From NCBI GenBank assembly GCA_024653215.1, contig JANLFU010000001.1, positions 269,492-333,491 of the forward strand: DNA of 64,000 nt, in the 5' to 3' direction. Shown here in pieces: positions 1-9,416 of the stretch; positions within the stretch are counted from its first letter, which is position 1; every line of letters starts with the position of its first letter. A program made the translations under genes and the position numbers. The notes beneath the pieces were generated by a model that ran no database searches, was not told where the DNA came from, and saw nothing but the letters and a program-made list of their open reading frames with translations. Origin of the DNA: Candidatus Saccharicenans sp. GTDB lineage: Bacteria > Acidobacteriota > Aminicenantia > Aminicenantales > Saccharicenantaceae.

Positions 1-510
1 GCCGGAAGGTAGGTTACCTTTGGATAATTCCGGCCTTCAATCCGGTAGGGAAGATAATAGAAATAATAATCGGCCGGGGCCTCGGGGGCCTGAAAGATAA
101 AGTCCCCGTAGTCATTATTAACGGCCACCGGGTAAACGTTCTTTATTTCCTTCTGACCGCTGGCGGTCATCACCAGTACCCTTTTTTTATCGGGCTCGGG
201 ATCTGGCCGGCGCCAGGGCAGGCGGACATAGATAGCATCAGCCCGCTGCCGAACCCTGACCACCGCCCGGTGGTTGCCCAGCCCGGAGTCCGGGTCCCAG
301 GAGGCCACCCGGTAGGGGACACCGCTTACCTGCCCGATCATTTCTTCAACTGCCGGGACAGCCGGCCGGGCTGAGAGCCGGATTAGGGCCAGCCAGAGGC
401 AGAGAAAAGCGCCAAAGTATCTTAGCCCGGCCGGTAAAGAATTTCCTGACTTCCTGTTCCCCGCCCGGGTTAATGCCAGAACACTTTCAATTGCCCGCGA
501 CTTTTTCATG
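1..510 (-). CDS. Hypothetical protein, N-terminal fragment; gene continues past the window start
   Basis: Manual minus-strand translation from ATG at 510-508 gives MKKSRAIESVLALTRAGNRK...ADYYFYYLPYRIEGRNYPKVTYLP, an open frame running off the window edge. It is absent from the ORF track because it is truncated. No family recognised. Confidence 0.4.
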
Positions 511-733
511 TTGATCGCTCTTTCTTTTCAATTCATTTTTCGGGTCTGGTGCCTGTGGCCTATGGTCTTAACACGGCCAGCGACCCGCCCGATTATTATT
601 CCAGAAGCTGACAAATATTAAAATACCCCGGGGCCAGAGGCGACGGGCTCCGGGTCCTGAGTCAAGGCGGCTACGGCCAAATTGCCAAAACAGTCTAAGC
701 TGGGGAAGGCAGTCTGGTTGAAGACAGGCTTGT

Positions 734-1210
734 TCAGTCTTTTAAATTCCTGGCGAATTCCACCATCTCTTCTGGTCTGAAACGGGAAACAGACTCCTTG
801 ACCCCGATGAACTTCTTGATGACCAGTTTCTCCAGGAAATTCATCTTCTCAAATGATAATTCGCCGCCGAAGATGGCCCTAGCCCTGGCCGACTGCCGCA
901 GCTCTTCCGGGAAGGCTTCCTGGAACTGTTCTTCGGCTTTCTGGCCATCGTACATGCAGCAGATGAAAAGACCGACTTTTTTCCTGCGCAACAGGTCCAG
1001 GTTCTTCTGGCAGAACTTCTTGACCTCTTTCTGCACCCGGCCGGCATAGATGGAGCCGCCGATGACAATCCAGTCAAAATTCTCCAGGTCGGGACAGCGT
1101 TCTTTTTTTAAGTTACAGATGACGGCTTCACCCAGGTTGTCCTTGATGATGGCCGCGGCCCTGGCCGTGGTTCCGTACCTGGTGGCGTAGGCAATAAGGT
1201 ATCTAGGCAT
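734..1210 (-). CDS. Flavodoxin-like protein (HemG-type short flavodoxin architecture)
   Basis: 158 aa; N-terminal LIAYATRYGTT and DWIVIGGSIYAG segments match the HemG-like flavodoxin pattern; ATG start. Confidence 0.55.
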   Translation of the reverse strand: MPRYLIAYATRYGTTARAAAIIKDNLGEAVICNLKKERCPDLENFDWIVIGGSIYAGRVQKEVKKFCQKNLDLLRRKKVGLFICCMYDGQKAEEQFQEAFPEELRQSARARAIFGGELSFEKMNFLEKLVIKKFIGVKESVSRFRPEEMVEFARNLKD

Positions 1211-1504
1211 TTTCCCTCTCTTTCAGTGCCAATCGTGGTGATTATACTTCATGATCGGCCTGGCTGGCAAAAAGACCGCTTCAGTTGGCGTAATCAGACC
1301 GGTTGATTAACCGCTTATGTTCTTTCTTAAAACCACCGGCTCTCTCTGTCCAAATCAAAAGATGCAGCCGGGAACCGGCCGGTAGAATTGAGGTCTGACC
1401 GGTTGTTAAAGTATTGCGGCTGACCGAATCGCCCGAGAGAGAGCTCCCGCCCAGGTCTGCCTATCTTAACTCTGGAAAGGGACCGGGTTTTGTGGTATTC
1501 AGGT

Positions 1505-1529
1505 CTGGCCGGGATGAAAATCCGGCCAG
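1505..1529 (+). promoter_or_regulatory. 25-bp perfect inverted repeat CTGGCCGG-N9-CCGGCCAG in the BNR gene leader; operator-like
   Basis: 8-bp arms are exact reverse complements with a 9-nt spacer; about 100 nt upstream of the 1628 start; no T-run follows, so it is not a terminator. Confidence 0.3.
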
Positions 1530-1627
1530 GTTCTGGAATGATCAGGATAAAACTGGTGGGGCCGGAAGATTGGCCGGTCGTAATCGTCAAAAATAAAGGA
1601 TTTTTTTGTTTTCAAAAAGGAGGTCAG

Positions 1628-4600
1628 ATGAGATTAAAACCTGTTAGCTGGTTAATGGTAATTCTGCTTCTGGTCGGCCTGCTCCCGCTTCAGGCCCAGA
1701 ATGTTTCCGAGCTGCTGGCCGGCCTGAGGCCACGGAACATAGGCCCGGCCAACATGAGCGGCAGGATCGGGGCAATAGAAGCGGTGGCGGCTGACCCGAG
1801 AATCATCTATGTGGGCGCGGCCGCCGGCGGGGTCTGGAAATCCATTGATGGTGGGCTGACCTGGAAACCCATCTTTGACGACCAGCCGGTGGCTTCAATC
1901 GGGGCCATTGCCGTCTACCAGAAAAATCCGAATATTGTCTGGGTGGGCACGGGCGAGGCGGCCCCCAGAAATTCGGTCAGCGTTGGTCGCGGTGTTTACC
2001 GGTCACTGGACGGCGGCCAGACCTGGCAGCTTATGGGCCTGGAAAAGACGGAAAAGATTGCCGACATCATCATCCATCCCGAGAACCCGGACCTGGTACT
2101 GGTTGGGGCCCTGGGTGCCACCTGGGGTGACAGCCAGGACCGGGGAGTTTACAGGACCACCGACGGCGGCCGGACCTGGAAGAAAGTGCTGTATGTCAAC
2201 GAGAAGACCGGGGTTTCCGATATGGCAGTTGACCCGGCTGACCCCAACCATATCATCGTGGCCATGTGGGAACACCGTCGCTATCCCTGGTTTTTTGTTT
2301 CCGGTGGCCCGGGCAGTGGAATTTATGTCAGCCGTGATGGCGGGGAAACCTGGACCAGGTTGACTGAAAAGAACGGGCTGCCGGCCGGAGAGCTCGGCCG
2401 CTGCGGGTTGGCCTTTGCCCCCAGCCGCCCGAACATAGTCTACGCCCTGGTTGAGGCCAGCAAGAACGGTTTTTACCGTTCAACCGACGGCGGGCAGAAC
2501 TGGACGCTGGTCAACAACGAGGCCGACGTCCACAACCGGCCTTTCTATTACAGCCGGGTCCTGGTCAATCCGGCCAACGAAAACCTTGTCTACCTGCTGC
2601 AGACGCAGCTCCGGGTGAGTGAAGACGGTGGGAAAACTTTCAGGGCCCTGACCGCCTTCAACCAGGCCCATTCTGACTTTCATGCCATGTGGCTCAGCCC
2701 TGATGGCGAGACGCTTTACGTTGGCAACGATGGCGGAGTGGTCATCAGCCATAACCGGGGTCAGAGCTGGCGCTTCGTGGAGAACCTACCCCTTGGCCAG
2801 TTTTACCATATCAATTACGATATGCAGGTGCCCTACAACGTCTACGGGGGCCTTCAGGATAACGGGACCTGGGTCGGTCCGGCCTACGTCCTGAATGAAA
2901 GAAACGTTGCCTTCTACCACTGGAAGACAGTCGGCGGCGGTGATGGCTTTGATGCCGCCCCCGACCCGGAAAAACCGGGCTGCGGCTACGGCATGTCGCA
3001 GGGCGGCAACCTCTATTATTTCGACATTAACTCTGGCACCACCAGGAACATCGTGCCCACGGAATCTGAGGTCAAGCACCGCTATAACTGGAATGCCGGG
3101 TTCGCCGTCGATCCCTTCAATCCGTCTACCATTTACCTGGGCAGCCAGTTTGTCCACCGCAGCCGGGACAAGGGCCGGACCTGGGAAATCATTTCCCCGG
3201 ACCTGACCACCAACGATCCTGAGAAACAGAAACAGAGCGATAGCGGCGGGCTGACCCTGGACGTGTCCAACGCCGAGAATTACTGCACCATCCTGAGCCT
3301 CGCTCCCAGCCCGCTAAGAGAAGGATTGATCTGGGTGGGGACCGATGACGGTAACGTTCAGCTGACCAGAGATGGCGGGAAAAACTGGGAGCTGGTTTCC
3401 AGGACCCTGACCACCGGCAAGAAGCCCCTGGTCCCGGCCGGGGCGGCGGTGCCCCACATCAAGCCAAGTCGATTTGAAGAAGGCACGGCCTACGTGGTTT
3501 TTGATGACCACCGGCGTTCCAATTTTACTCCCTACGTTTTTGTAACCCGGGATTTCGGCAAGACCTGGAAAAGCCTGGCCACTTCTGAAATAGACGGGTT
3601 CTGCATGGCCATCGAGGAAGATCCGGTCAATCGGAACCTTCTCTTCCTGGGCACGGAATTCGGCCTGTTTGTCAGCCTGAACGGCGGCCAGAACTGGACC
3701 AAGTGGACCGGCAGTTTTCCCACCTGCCCGGTCTATGATATTGCCGTTCATCCCCGGGAACACGACCTGATCGTGGCCACCCACGGCCGGGCGGTCTATG
3801 TATTTGATGATATTTCACCGCTCAGGGAACTTTCGGCCGAGGTGATGAAAAAGAAACTCCACCTGTTCAGGGTTAACGATGCCCTGCAATTTCAGACCGG
3901 CCGGATGTCTTCCTACATGAGCCCGGGAGATGGCGAGTACCTGGCCCAGAATAAGCAGACCGGGGCGGTCATCACTTATTTTCTGATTCCTTCCGAAAAG
4001 AAGGCTGCGGATATGGAAACCCCCTCACCGGAAATGGCCCAGATGCAGGAGCGAATGGCCCAGTTTGCGCAGCGCGGCGGTATGGACATGGCCACCATGA
4101 GACAGATGATGGGCCGGGGCCGGGTCCAGGTCACCATAAGCGATGCCCAGGGACGTGTGGTGCGGCAGCTAAATGGGTCTGAGGAGAAGGGAATAAACCG
4201 GGTCTACTGGGATTTTCGCGAGATGGAACCCGTTTCCCCTGGCGAGATGATGTCAGCCCAGGCCGCAGGTCGGGCTGCGGCCGGGTTTTTTGGCGGCCGC
4301 GGCGGGCTGACCGTGCTGCCCGGAACCTATACGGTTAAGGTCAAATACGAAGACCAGGAAGCCAGCCAGACCTTTGAAGTCAAGCCAGATACGAGGGTGC
4401 AGGTTGACCTGGCCATACTCAAGTCAAATTACGAAAAAGGGAAGGAAGCCCAGAAGCTGTCGAGAGCGGTCCAGGCCGTCAGCCAGAGGCTGCAGCAGAC
4501 CCAGAGGGCCCTGCAGACCATAAGAGAATTTGCCCGGGGGCAGAGAAACCAGAAGATGGCGGAGGTGCTGAAGAAGCTGGATGCCGTTGAGAATAAACTC

Positions 4601-4891
4601 AAAGATTTATCTGAAACCCTGAACCCGACTCCTCCCAGGCAGGGCATGGCCGACAGGTCGTCCGGGTTGCTGTCTCAGGTGAACGGTGCCGTCAGCGGAA
4701 TAACTTCTGCCGGTTACGAACCCATCAGCCAGGCGGCCGGGGTCAGGTATGAAAAGGCCAGGGCCAGGCTCGGCGAGTTCTTAAAACAGGTGAATGAGTT
4801 TTATGAGAAGGATGTGGCCGAGCTCAATAAGGCCCTTCAGGATGCCGGTTTTACCCTGCTCCTGAATTATCCACCGGTCAGGATAGATTGA
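1628..4891 (+). CDS. Secreted BNR/Asp-box repeat protein (sortilin/VPS10-like beta-propeller) with a C-terminal Met-rich and coiled-coil region
   Basis: The ORF opens at 1490, but AAGGAGG lies at 1617-1623 just before ATG 1628 and the product starts with a signal peptide (MRLKPVSWLMVILLLVGLLPLQAQ). It carries repeated S/T-x-D-G-G-x-T-W Asp-box motifs (WKSIDGGLTW, YRSLDGGQTW, YRTTDGGRTW, and others). Confidence 0.75.
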   Translation: MRLKPVSWLMVILLLVGLLPLQAQNVSELLAGLRPRNIGPANMSGRIGAIEAVAADPRIIYVGAAAGGVWKSIDGGLTWKPIFDDQPVASIGAIAVYQKNPNIVWVGTGEAAPRNSVSVGRGVYRSLDGGQTWQLMGLEKTEKIADIIIHPENPDLVLVGALGATWGDSQDRGVYRTTDGGRTWKKVLYVNEKTGVSDMAVDPADPNHIIVAMWEHRRYPWFFVSGGPGSGIYVSRDGGETWTRLTEKNGLPAGELGRCGLAFAPSRPNIVYALVEASKNGFYRSTDGGQNWTLVNNEADVHNRPFYYSRVLVNPANENLVYLLQTQLRVSEDGGKTFRALTAFNQAHSDFHAMWLSPDGETLYVGNDGGVVISHNRGQSWRFVENLPLGQFYHINYDMQVPYNVYGGLQDNGTWVGPAYVLNERNVAFYHWKTVGGGDGFDAAPDPEKPGCGYGMSQGGNLYYFDINSGTTRNIVPTESEVKHRYNWNAGFAVDPFNPSTIYLGSQFVHRSRDKGRTWEIISPDLTTNDPEKQKQSDSGGLTLDVSNAENYCTILSLAPSPLREGLIWVGTDDGNVQLTRDGGKNWELVSRTLTTGKKPLVPAGAAVPHIKPSRFEEGTAYVVFDDHRRSNFTPYVFVTRDFGKTWKSLATSEIDGFCMAIEEDPVNRNLLFLGTEFGLFVSLNGGQNWTKWTGSFPTCPVYDIAVHPREHDLIVATHGRAVYVFDDISPLRELSAEVMKKKLHLFRVNDALQFQTGRMSSYMSPGDGEYLAQNKQTGAVITYFLIPSEKKAADMETPSPEMAQMQERMAQFAQRGGMDMATMRQMMGRGRVQVTISDAQGRVVRQLNGSEEKGINRVYWDFREMEPVSPGEMMSAQAAGRAAAGFFGGRGGLTVLPGTYTVKVKYEDQEASQTFEVKPDTRVQVDLAILKSNYEKGKEAQKLSRAVQAVSQRLQQTQRALQTIREFARGQRNQKMAEVLKKLDAVENKLKDLSETLNPTPPRQGMADRSSGLLSQVNGAVSGITSAGYEPISQAAGVRYEKARARLGEFLKQVNEFYEKDVAELNKALQDAGFTLLLNYPPVRID

Positions 4892-4960
4892 CCTGAGGTT
4901 GGCTTATTAAGCGGTCCGGGCTGAATCATTAGGGCCCGGATAGGTGAGATATTAAAAGTG

Positions 4961-4989
4961 GGGGCAACCGCTGGGTTGCCCCTCTTTTT
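4961..4989 (+). terminator. Rho-independent terminator after the BNR gene
   Basis: GGGGCAACC-GCTG-GGTTGCCCC: a 9-bp perfect GC-rich stem followed by TCTTTTT. Confidence 0.6.
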
Positions 4990-5305
4990 ACATTCTCAGA
5001 TTTTTGAGAATTTTTCTGTTCACCGGCTAAAGCCGGGGCGGAGCCCGGGTCCTGGCTGTAGTTTATTCTGTTAAATCCTTTTCTTCGGGGTGGGGGTGGG
5101 TAAAGGCAAGACCCGAAGACTGGTTGACTCCCGGTTCTGCTGTCCGGTCCGGATCCCGGCAAATTTGTCCATGGTCAAACAGAGTAATTACTGTCGGAAA
5201 AATTATGAAAGATAAAATTATCGGGGTGGAGATGATCGCGGGAAAATTTAAAAAAATTACTGGCTGGCTGCTGCCAGCTGTTATTATCCTGTTCCAGGGT
5301 TTATA

Positions 5306-6190
5306 ATGGATGAAATGAAAAAAATAATAGCGGTTTCCGTTCTGCTGGCCTGGCTGGCCGGGGCGCTGTCCGCCTCAGACCTGAAGTTTGTGGTGGTCTC
5401 CGACACCAATCCCGAATTCCTCAACCAGAAGGATTTCTCCCACTTTGAAAAGTTTATCGACCGGATTAATGCCCTGAAACCAGACCTGGTGATCAATCTC
5501 GGGGACCTGATTTACGGCTACGGCCTGCGGAGCACCAGGCCCCAGTGGGAGAGATACCTTGAGGTTATCGGCCGGATCGAGCCCCCCTATTACCAGATCC
5601 CCGGCAATCATGATGTCTTTAATAACCGGGCCAGGCAGATCTACCTGGAATTATTCAGAAAAACCTATATGTCTTTTGACGCGGGCAAATGCCACTTTGT
5701 TCTCCTGGACAACCTGGAAGATGGGGTCTGGGGAAAAATCGGTCCGGAGCAACTGGCCTGGCTGGAAGAGGACCTCAAGCGGCCACGCTGGGAACAGGCA
5801 TTTGTGTTCATCCATGTCCCGGTCTGGGATATGAAGGCCCGAAACGTCAGGCTGGAATGGAGAGAATTCTGGTTTGAAAAAATCCATCCGTTGCTGCTGG
5901 CCGGCCGGGTGAAGGCGGTCTTTGCCGGCCACAGTCACCGTTTCGGACCGACCAGAATCTACGACGGTCTGATTTACTACATTGCCGGGGGAGGCAGTCC
6001 CAGACTTCATAAAGAATATGTCAGGGCCGGGGGTCGCAATTTTTTTCTGCTGGTGGAAGTCACCGAGAATGGATTTAAGGTGAATGTGGTCATGGAGGAC
6101 CGGATAATCTCTGAACAGGAAGCTGATATCCTGAGGGATGTTCTTGGCCCCCATTTTTACCGGCCCGGAGAATCTCAAAACGCCAGATAG
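5306..6190 (+). CDS. Secreted calcineurin-like metallophosphoesterase
   Basis: Signal peptide; the VVVSDTN, LGDLIYGYG and GNHD motifs are typical of the metallophosphatase fold. Confidence 0.75.
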   Translation: MDEMKKIIAVSVLLAWLAGALSASDLKFVVVSDTNPEFLNQKDFSHFEKFIDRINALKPDLVINLGDLIYGYGLRSTRPQWERYLEVIGRIEPPYYQIPGNHDVFNNRARQIYLELFRKTYMSFDAGKCHFVLLDNLEDGVWGKIGPEQLAWLEEDLKRPRWEQAFVFIHVPVWDMKARNVRLEWREFWFEKIHPLLLAGRVKAVFAGHSHRFGPTRIYDGLIYYIAGGGSPRLHKEYVRAGGRNFFLLVEVTENGFKVNVVMEDRIISEQEADILRDVLGPHFYRPGESQNAR

Positions 6191-6259
6191 ACTTTTGACT
6201 TGCGTGGTGATTAAGCCTGATGTTGGCCCAGGATTAAATTTTATTTTAAAGGAGGGCTC

Positions 6260-6514
6260 ATGTCCGAAAAGTCTAGGCTGGTAACTTTTCTTCTGTGCTG
6301 GTTGTTTGGCCTGTTCGGCGGTCACCGCTTTTATGTGGGCAAGACCGGCACCGGCCTGATCTGGCTGTTCACTCTCGGTTGCCTGGGAATCGGGGTGCTG
6401 GTTGACCTGATCATGATTCTGCTGGGAAAGTTCTATGACGCCCAGAACAAGCCGGTCCTGGTCTGGTTCAGAAACTGCGATGCCGAGGGCAGGGTCCTGA
6501 GCTACTCAGTTTAA
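6260..6514 (+). CDS. TM2 domain-containing small membrane protein
   Basis: LFGLFGGHRFYVGKTGTGLIWL matches the TM2 signature; two hydrophobic helices. Confidence 0.7.
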   Translation: MSEKSRLVTFLLCWLFGLFGGHRFYVGKTGTGLIWLFTLGCLGIGVLVDLIMILLGKFYDAQNKPVLVWFRNCDAEGRVLSYSV

Positions 6515-6574
6515 AAAAGAGATGGGAGGGCTGGCGCCCCTCAGCGAAGAAGTTGAGGAAAGAAATCTTTTAAG

Positions 6575-7309
6575 TCAGAAATCGAGCAGGTCCAGGGTCC
6601 GGGGCCTTTCCTCCAGGTGGAAGACGATAATGGCCTGGAAAACCCGGCCCAGCTTCTTCCAGTCGTCCGCTTCGAGTTCCAGGTCTGGAGGAACTTCCGG
6701 CGGATTCTTTTTTATCCAGTCTATGGCCTGAACCAGCCGGGGGCTCAGTTCAAACTTTTTGTCCCGGGCACACCGGTCACACAGGACGCCGTCTTTCTGC
6801 GGCTCCAGCCAGGCGGTGTTAATTATCCTGTGATGGCACTTCTGGCAGGTCCGGAAATCAGGCAGGATACCGTTAATTTTCAGAAACCAGTACTCGAAAT
6901 AGCGAACCAGGTATTCCACCTTTTGCCCGGCCCGGGCGGCCCTGGTCAGGCTCACCAGCAGCCGGTAGAGCTTCTCCTCCCCGGCCCGGTACGGGGAGAA
7001 CTTTTCGGTCAGCTCGGCCAGGTAAGAAAAAAAGCAGGCCATCCGGCGATCACTGAACAGTTCGAAGGCCGACTCCAGCAGGTCGCAGTTGCTGACGGTG
7101 ACCAGGTCCTGCCTCTCCTTTTCATAATAAAAGATCCTGACTATGGAGAACGGCTCCAGACTGCTGCCGAAGCGGTTGTTGAATTTCCTGGCTCCCTTGG
7201 CGATGCCCCGCACCAGCCCCTTCTCCCGGCTGAAAAAGACCACCAGTTTATCCTGTTCGGCAAAACTCTGGGTGCGTAAGATCACGGCCTCGGATTGGTC
7301 TATTGGCAT
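6575..7309 (-). CDS. recO: DNA repair protein RecO
   Basis: N-terminal OB-fold region (AVILRTQSFAEQDKLVVFFSREKGLVRGIAKGARK) and C-terminal Cys4 zinc finger (CQKCHH...CDRCAR). Confidence 0.85.
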   Translation of the reverse strand: MPIDQSEAVILRTQSFAEQDKLVVFFSREKGLVRGIAKGARKFNNRFGSSLEPFSIVRIFYYEKERQDLVTVSNCDLLESAFELFSDRRMACFFSYLAELTEKFSPYRAGEEKLYRLLVSLTRAARAGQKVEYLVRYFEYWFLKINGILPDFRTCQKCHHRIINTAWLEPQKDGVLCDRCARDKKFELSPRLVQAIDWIKKNPPEVPPDLELEADDWKKLGRVFQAIIVFHLEERPRTLDLLDF

Positions 7310-7363
7310 GCTTATCTCTCGCCCGGTAGAGTCGGGAAAGTATCCACTGGGCTTTCCGGTTTT

Positions 7364-8230
7364 TTATTGCGGGCTCTTTTCCCGGTCCAGGAACTGGTCC
7401 AGGTTGTCCCGCGTGATTTTGATATTCTTGACCACCGCCCCGCGTTTGCCGAAGGGTTTGCCGGGCTGACCGTTCAGCCTGAAGCTGACCCCGCCGGCGT
7501 TGCCCAGGTTGATGACCAGCTCCGATTCGGCCCGGACCTGTATCCGGAACCCCTCCAGTTTCAATCCGTCCACCACCAGATTGCCGTCGGCGTAGACCTG
7601 TATCCAGCAGTCTTCGTTGAACTCCAGTTCCAGCTGTAAGCCCAGAATGGCCTGGGGCTGCGGTTCTGGTGCGGCCACCTGCGTCCCGGCCGGTGGCAGC
7701 TGTTCTTCGGCCGGGATGGTCACCTCGGCCTGGATTTTCTGGCTGGCCTTTCTGGCTTCGATATTTTTCCTGGTGGTCTGAATGGAAAGATAGATCAGCA
7801 ATACAAAAAGTGCCAGGACTATAACCGTCAGGGCTATCCAGACTACCCGGTCCAGCCTCGGCTCTCTTTTCCTTTCTTCGGGCTCGGCTCCGGCCTTGTT
7901 TTCCTGGGACGGCAGGTAATATTTGACCTTGTCCACCTGCTGGGGCTTGGGCGGGGGGACGACCTTTTTTCCGGACCCGGGTTCTCTGGCGGGTGGCCTG
8001 AGTTCCGGCCGCTCGTATTTCGGCAACCATTCTTCCGGGTTGAGTCCCAGGGATGAAATGTAGGCCTTTAAGATGTGCCTGGTAAAAAACCCCCCGGGCA
8101 GGAGATCCAGCCGGTCGTTTTCTATGGCCTCCAGGTGTCTGAGGCCGATTTTCGTCTGGAGAGATATGTCTTTTAAGGAGATACCCCGGGCTTCTCTTTC
8201 TTTCTGAAGTTCCTTGCCTATGCTTTCCAT
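7364..8230 (-). CDS. rodZ: RodZ-like cytoskeleton protein (HTH, transmembrane, DUF4115-like C-terminus)
   Basis: N-terminal XRE-type HTH (GISLKDISLQTKIGLRHLEAIE), a Pro-rich linker, one TM helix, and a C-terminal beta-rich domain. The overlapping 331-aa frame at 7248-8243 is a GC-frame artefact. Confidence 0.7.
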   Translation of the reverse strand: MESIGKELQKEREARGISLKDISLQTKIGLRHLEAIENDRLDLLPGGFFTRHILKAYISSLGLNPEEWLPKYERPELRPPAREPGSGKKVVPPPKPQQVDKVKYYLPSQENKAGAEPEERKREPRLDRVVWIALTVIVLALFVLLIYLSIQTTRKNIEARKASQKIQAEVTIPAEEQLPPAGTQVAAPEPQPQAILGLQLELEFNEDCWIQVYADGNLVVDGLKLEGFRIQVRAESELVINLGNAGGVSFRLNGQPGKPFGKRGAVVKNIKITRDNLDQFLDREKSPQ

Positions 8231-8242
8231 CAGACCGCTTCA

Positions 8243-8271
8243 ATTTTAATTAATGCCAGAAGATCAGTCAA
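8243..8271 (-). promoter_or_regulatory. Sigma70-type promoter for rodZ
   Basis: Minus strand reads TTGACT, a 17-bp spacer, then TAAAAT (the -35 box is the complement of 8266-8271 and the -10 box is the complement of 8243-8248); about 12 nt to the ATG. Confidence 0.35.
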
Positions 8272-8516
8272 ACCTTTTCTTCTTTCCGGTTCAACTTGCC
8301 AGGTCATGGGGAAGGGGGGCATCTGGAAGCGCAGTCGGAAGGGAGGCCGTGTTGGTTGTCCCGGGGTCAGCGGGCTGAACCGGGGCAGGGTGATGGCCGT
8401 GGCCTGGACTCAACCTTCCCCTTTCTGAGAGGGCACACCACGGTCAAATTAAAGTGGATGAGTGATGTAGTCGTTAGACGGCAGCCAGATGATTAGCCGG
8501 TGCATGGAGAACCGGC

Positions 8517-9416
8517 CTAAATCTTGAGAAACCGCGAGACCGAGGTGACACTGCCCAGGGTTCCGGTAATCACTCCGCCGGCCACCAGCCAGAGGCCCTG
8601 TTCGGTCGTCAGCGGCCGCAGGGTGAACAGCTCCCGGGCTGCCCCGAGGGAACTGCCGATGTAGATGGGAAAGACCTTTATCAGGATGAACAGTATGAAC
8701 AGCGACACCAGGCTGCCCAGCAGTCCCAGAACGAATCCTTCCAGCAAGAACGGAATTCTTATGAAGGTGTTGGTGGCCCCGACCAGCCGGAGAATTTCTA
8801 TCTCGTTTTTCCTGGCGAAAACGTTCAGCCTGACCACGTTGGAGATTATGAAAAAAGAGGCCAGGATCAGGATGCCACCCAGGAAAAAGCCCACGGCCTG
8901 AACAATCCGGCTGAGGGAGTCCATCTTTTCCACCCAGTCCTGGTTGAACTGGACGTCGATTACACCTTTCAGTCCTTTTATTTTTTCCATGAAGTAGACG
9001 ATGGCCGACAGGCTCAGAATTTTATCTTTGAGCTTGACCTCGTAAGATGGAGGAAAGGGATTGGACTTGAGGTTATCCAGGATCTCCCGCAGCTCGGGGA
9101 AGTTGGCCCGGAAACGGCTCAGGGCATCTTCGGAAGAAACGAAGGTCACCCGGTCCACCAGTTCCGAGGCCAGGATCTGTGATTTGATGTACTCCAGCTC
9201 CGGAGCTTTCAGGTTCTTGTCCAGGAAGAAGGAAATGGCCAGGTTGTTTGATAGCTGCTGGCCAAGGTAGGTCAGGTTATTGGACAGGGCCAGGAAGATG
9301 CCTATTACCAGGAAAGAAAAGCCGATGATCAGGACTGAGACCAGGTTGCGGCCGCGGAAGGTCCACAGGTTGTTGCCCGCGGCCTTGACCAGGTACCAGA
9401 GTTGCCTGAAGATCAC
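8517..9416 (-). CDS. ftsX: Cell division ABC transporter permease FtsX
   Basis: Four-TM FtsX-like topology with a large periplasmic loop; GTG start overlapping the ftsE stop (GTGA). Confidence 0.8.
   Translation of the reverse strand: MIFRQLWYLVKAAGNNLWTFRGRNLVSVLIIGFSFLVIGIFLALSNNLTYLGQQLSNNLAISFFLDKNLKAPELEYIKSQILASELVDRVTFVSSEDALSRFRANFPELREILDNLKSNPFPPSYEVKLKDKILSLSAIVYFMEKIKGLKGVIDVQFNQDWVEKMDSLSRIVQAVGFFLGGILILASFFIISNVVRLNVFARKNEIEILRLVGATNTFIRIPFLLEGFVLGLLGSLVSLFILFILIKVFPIYIGSSLGAARELFTLRPLTTEQGLWLVAGGVITGTLGSVTSVSRFLKI

Noticed and set aside
1490-1627. Upstream extension of the BNR ORF (the ORF track starts at 1490)
   Set aside because: AAGGAGG immediately precedes ATG 1628 and the product then begins with a textbook signal peptide. 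The 46 extra residues would be non-hydrophobic junk crossing the palindrome and repeats.
7248-8243. 331-aa ORF on the minus strand overlapping rodZ in another frame (R/G/P-rich product)
   Set aside because: Typical GC-rich alternative-frame artefact. The rodZ frame has an HTH, a TM helix and a conserved C-terminal domain. The other frame is low-complexity Arg/Gly/Pro.
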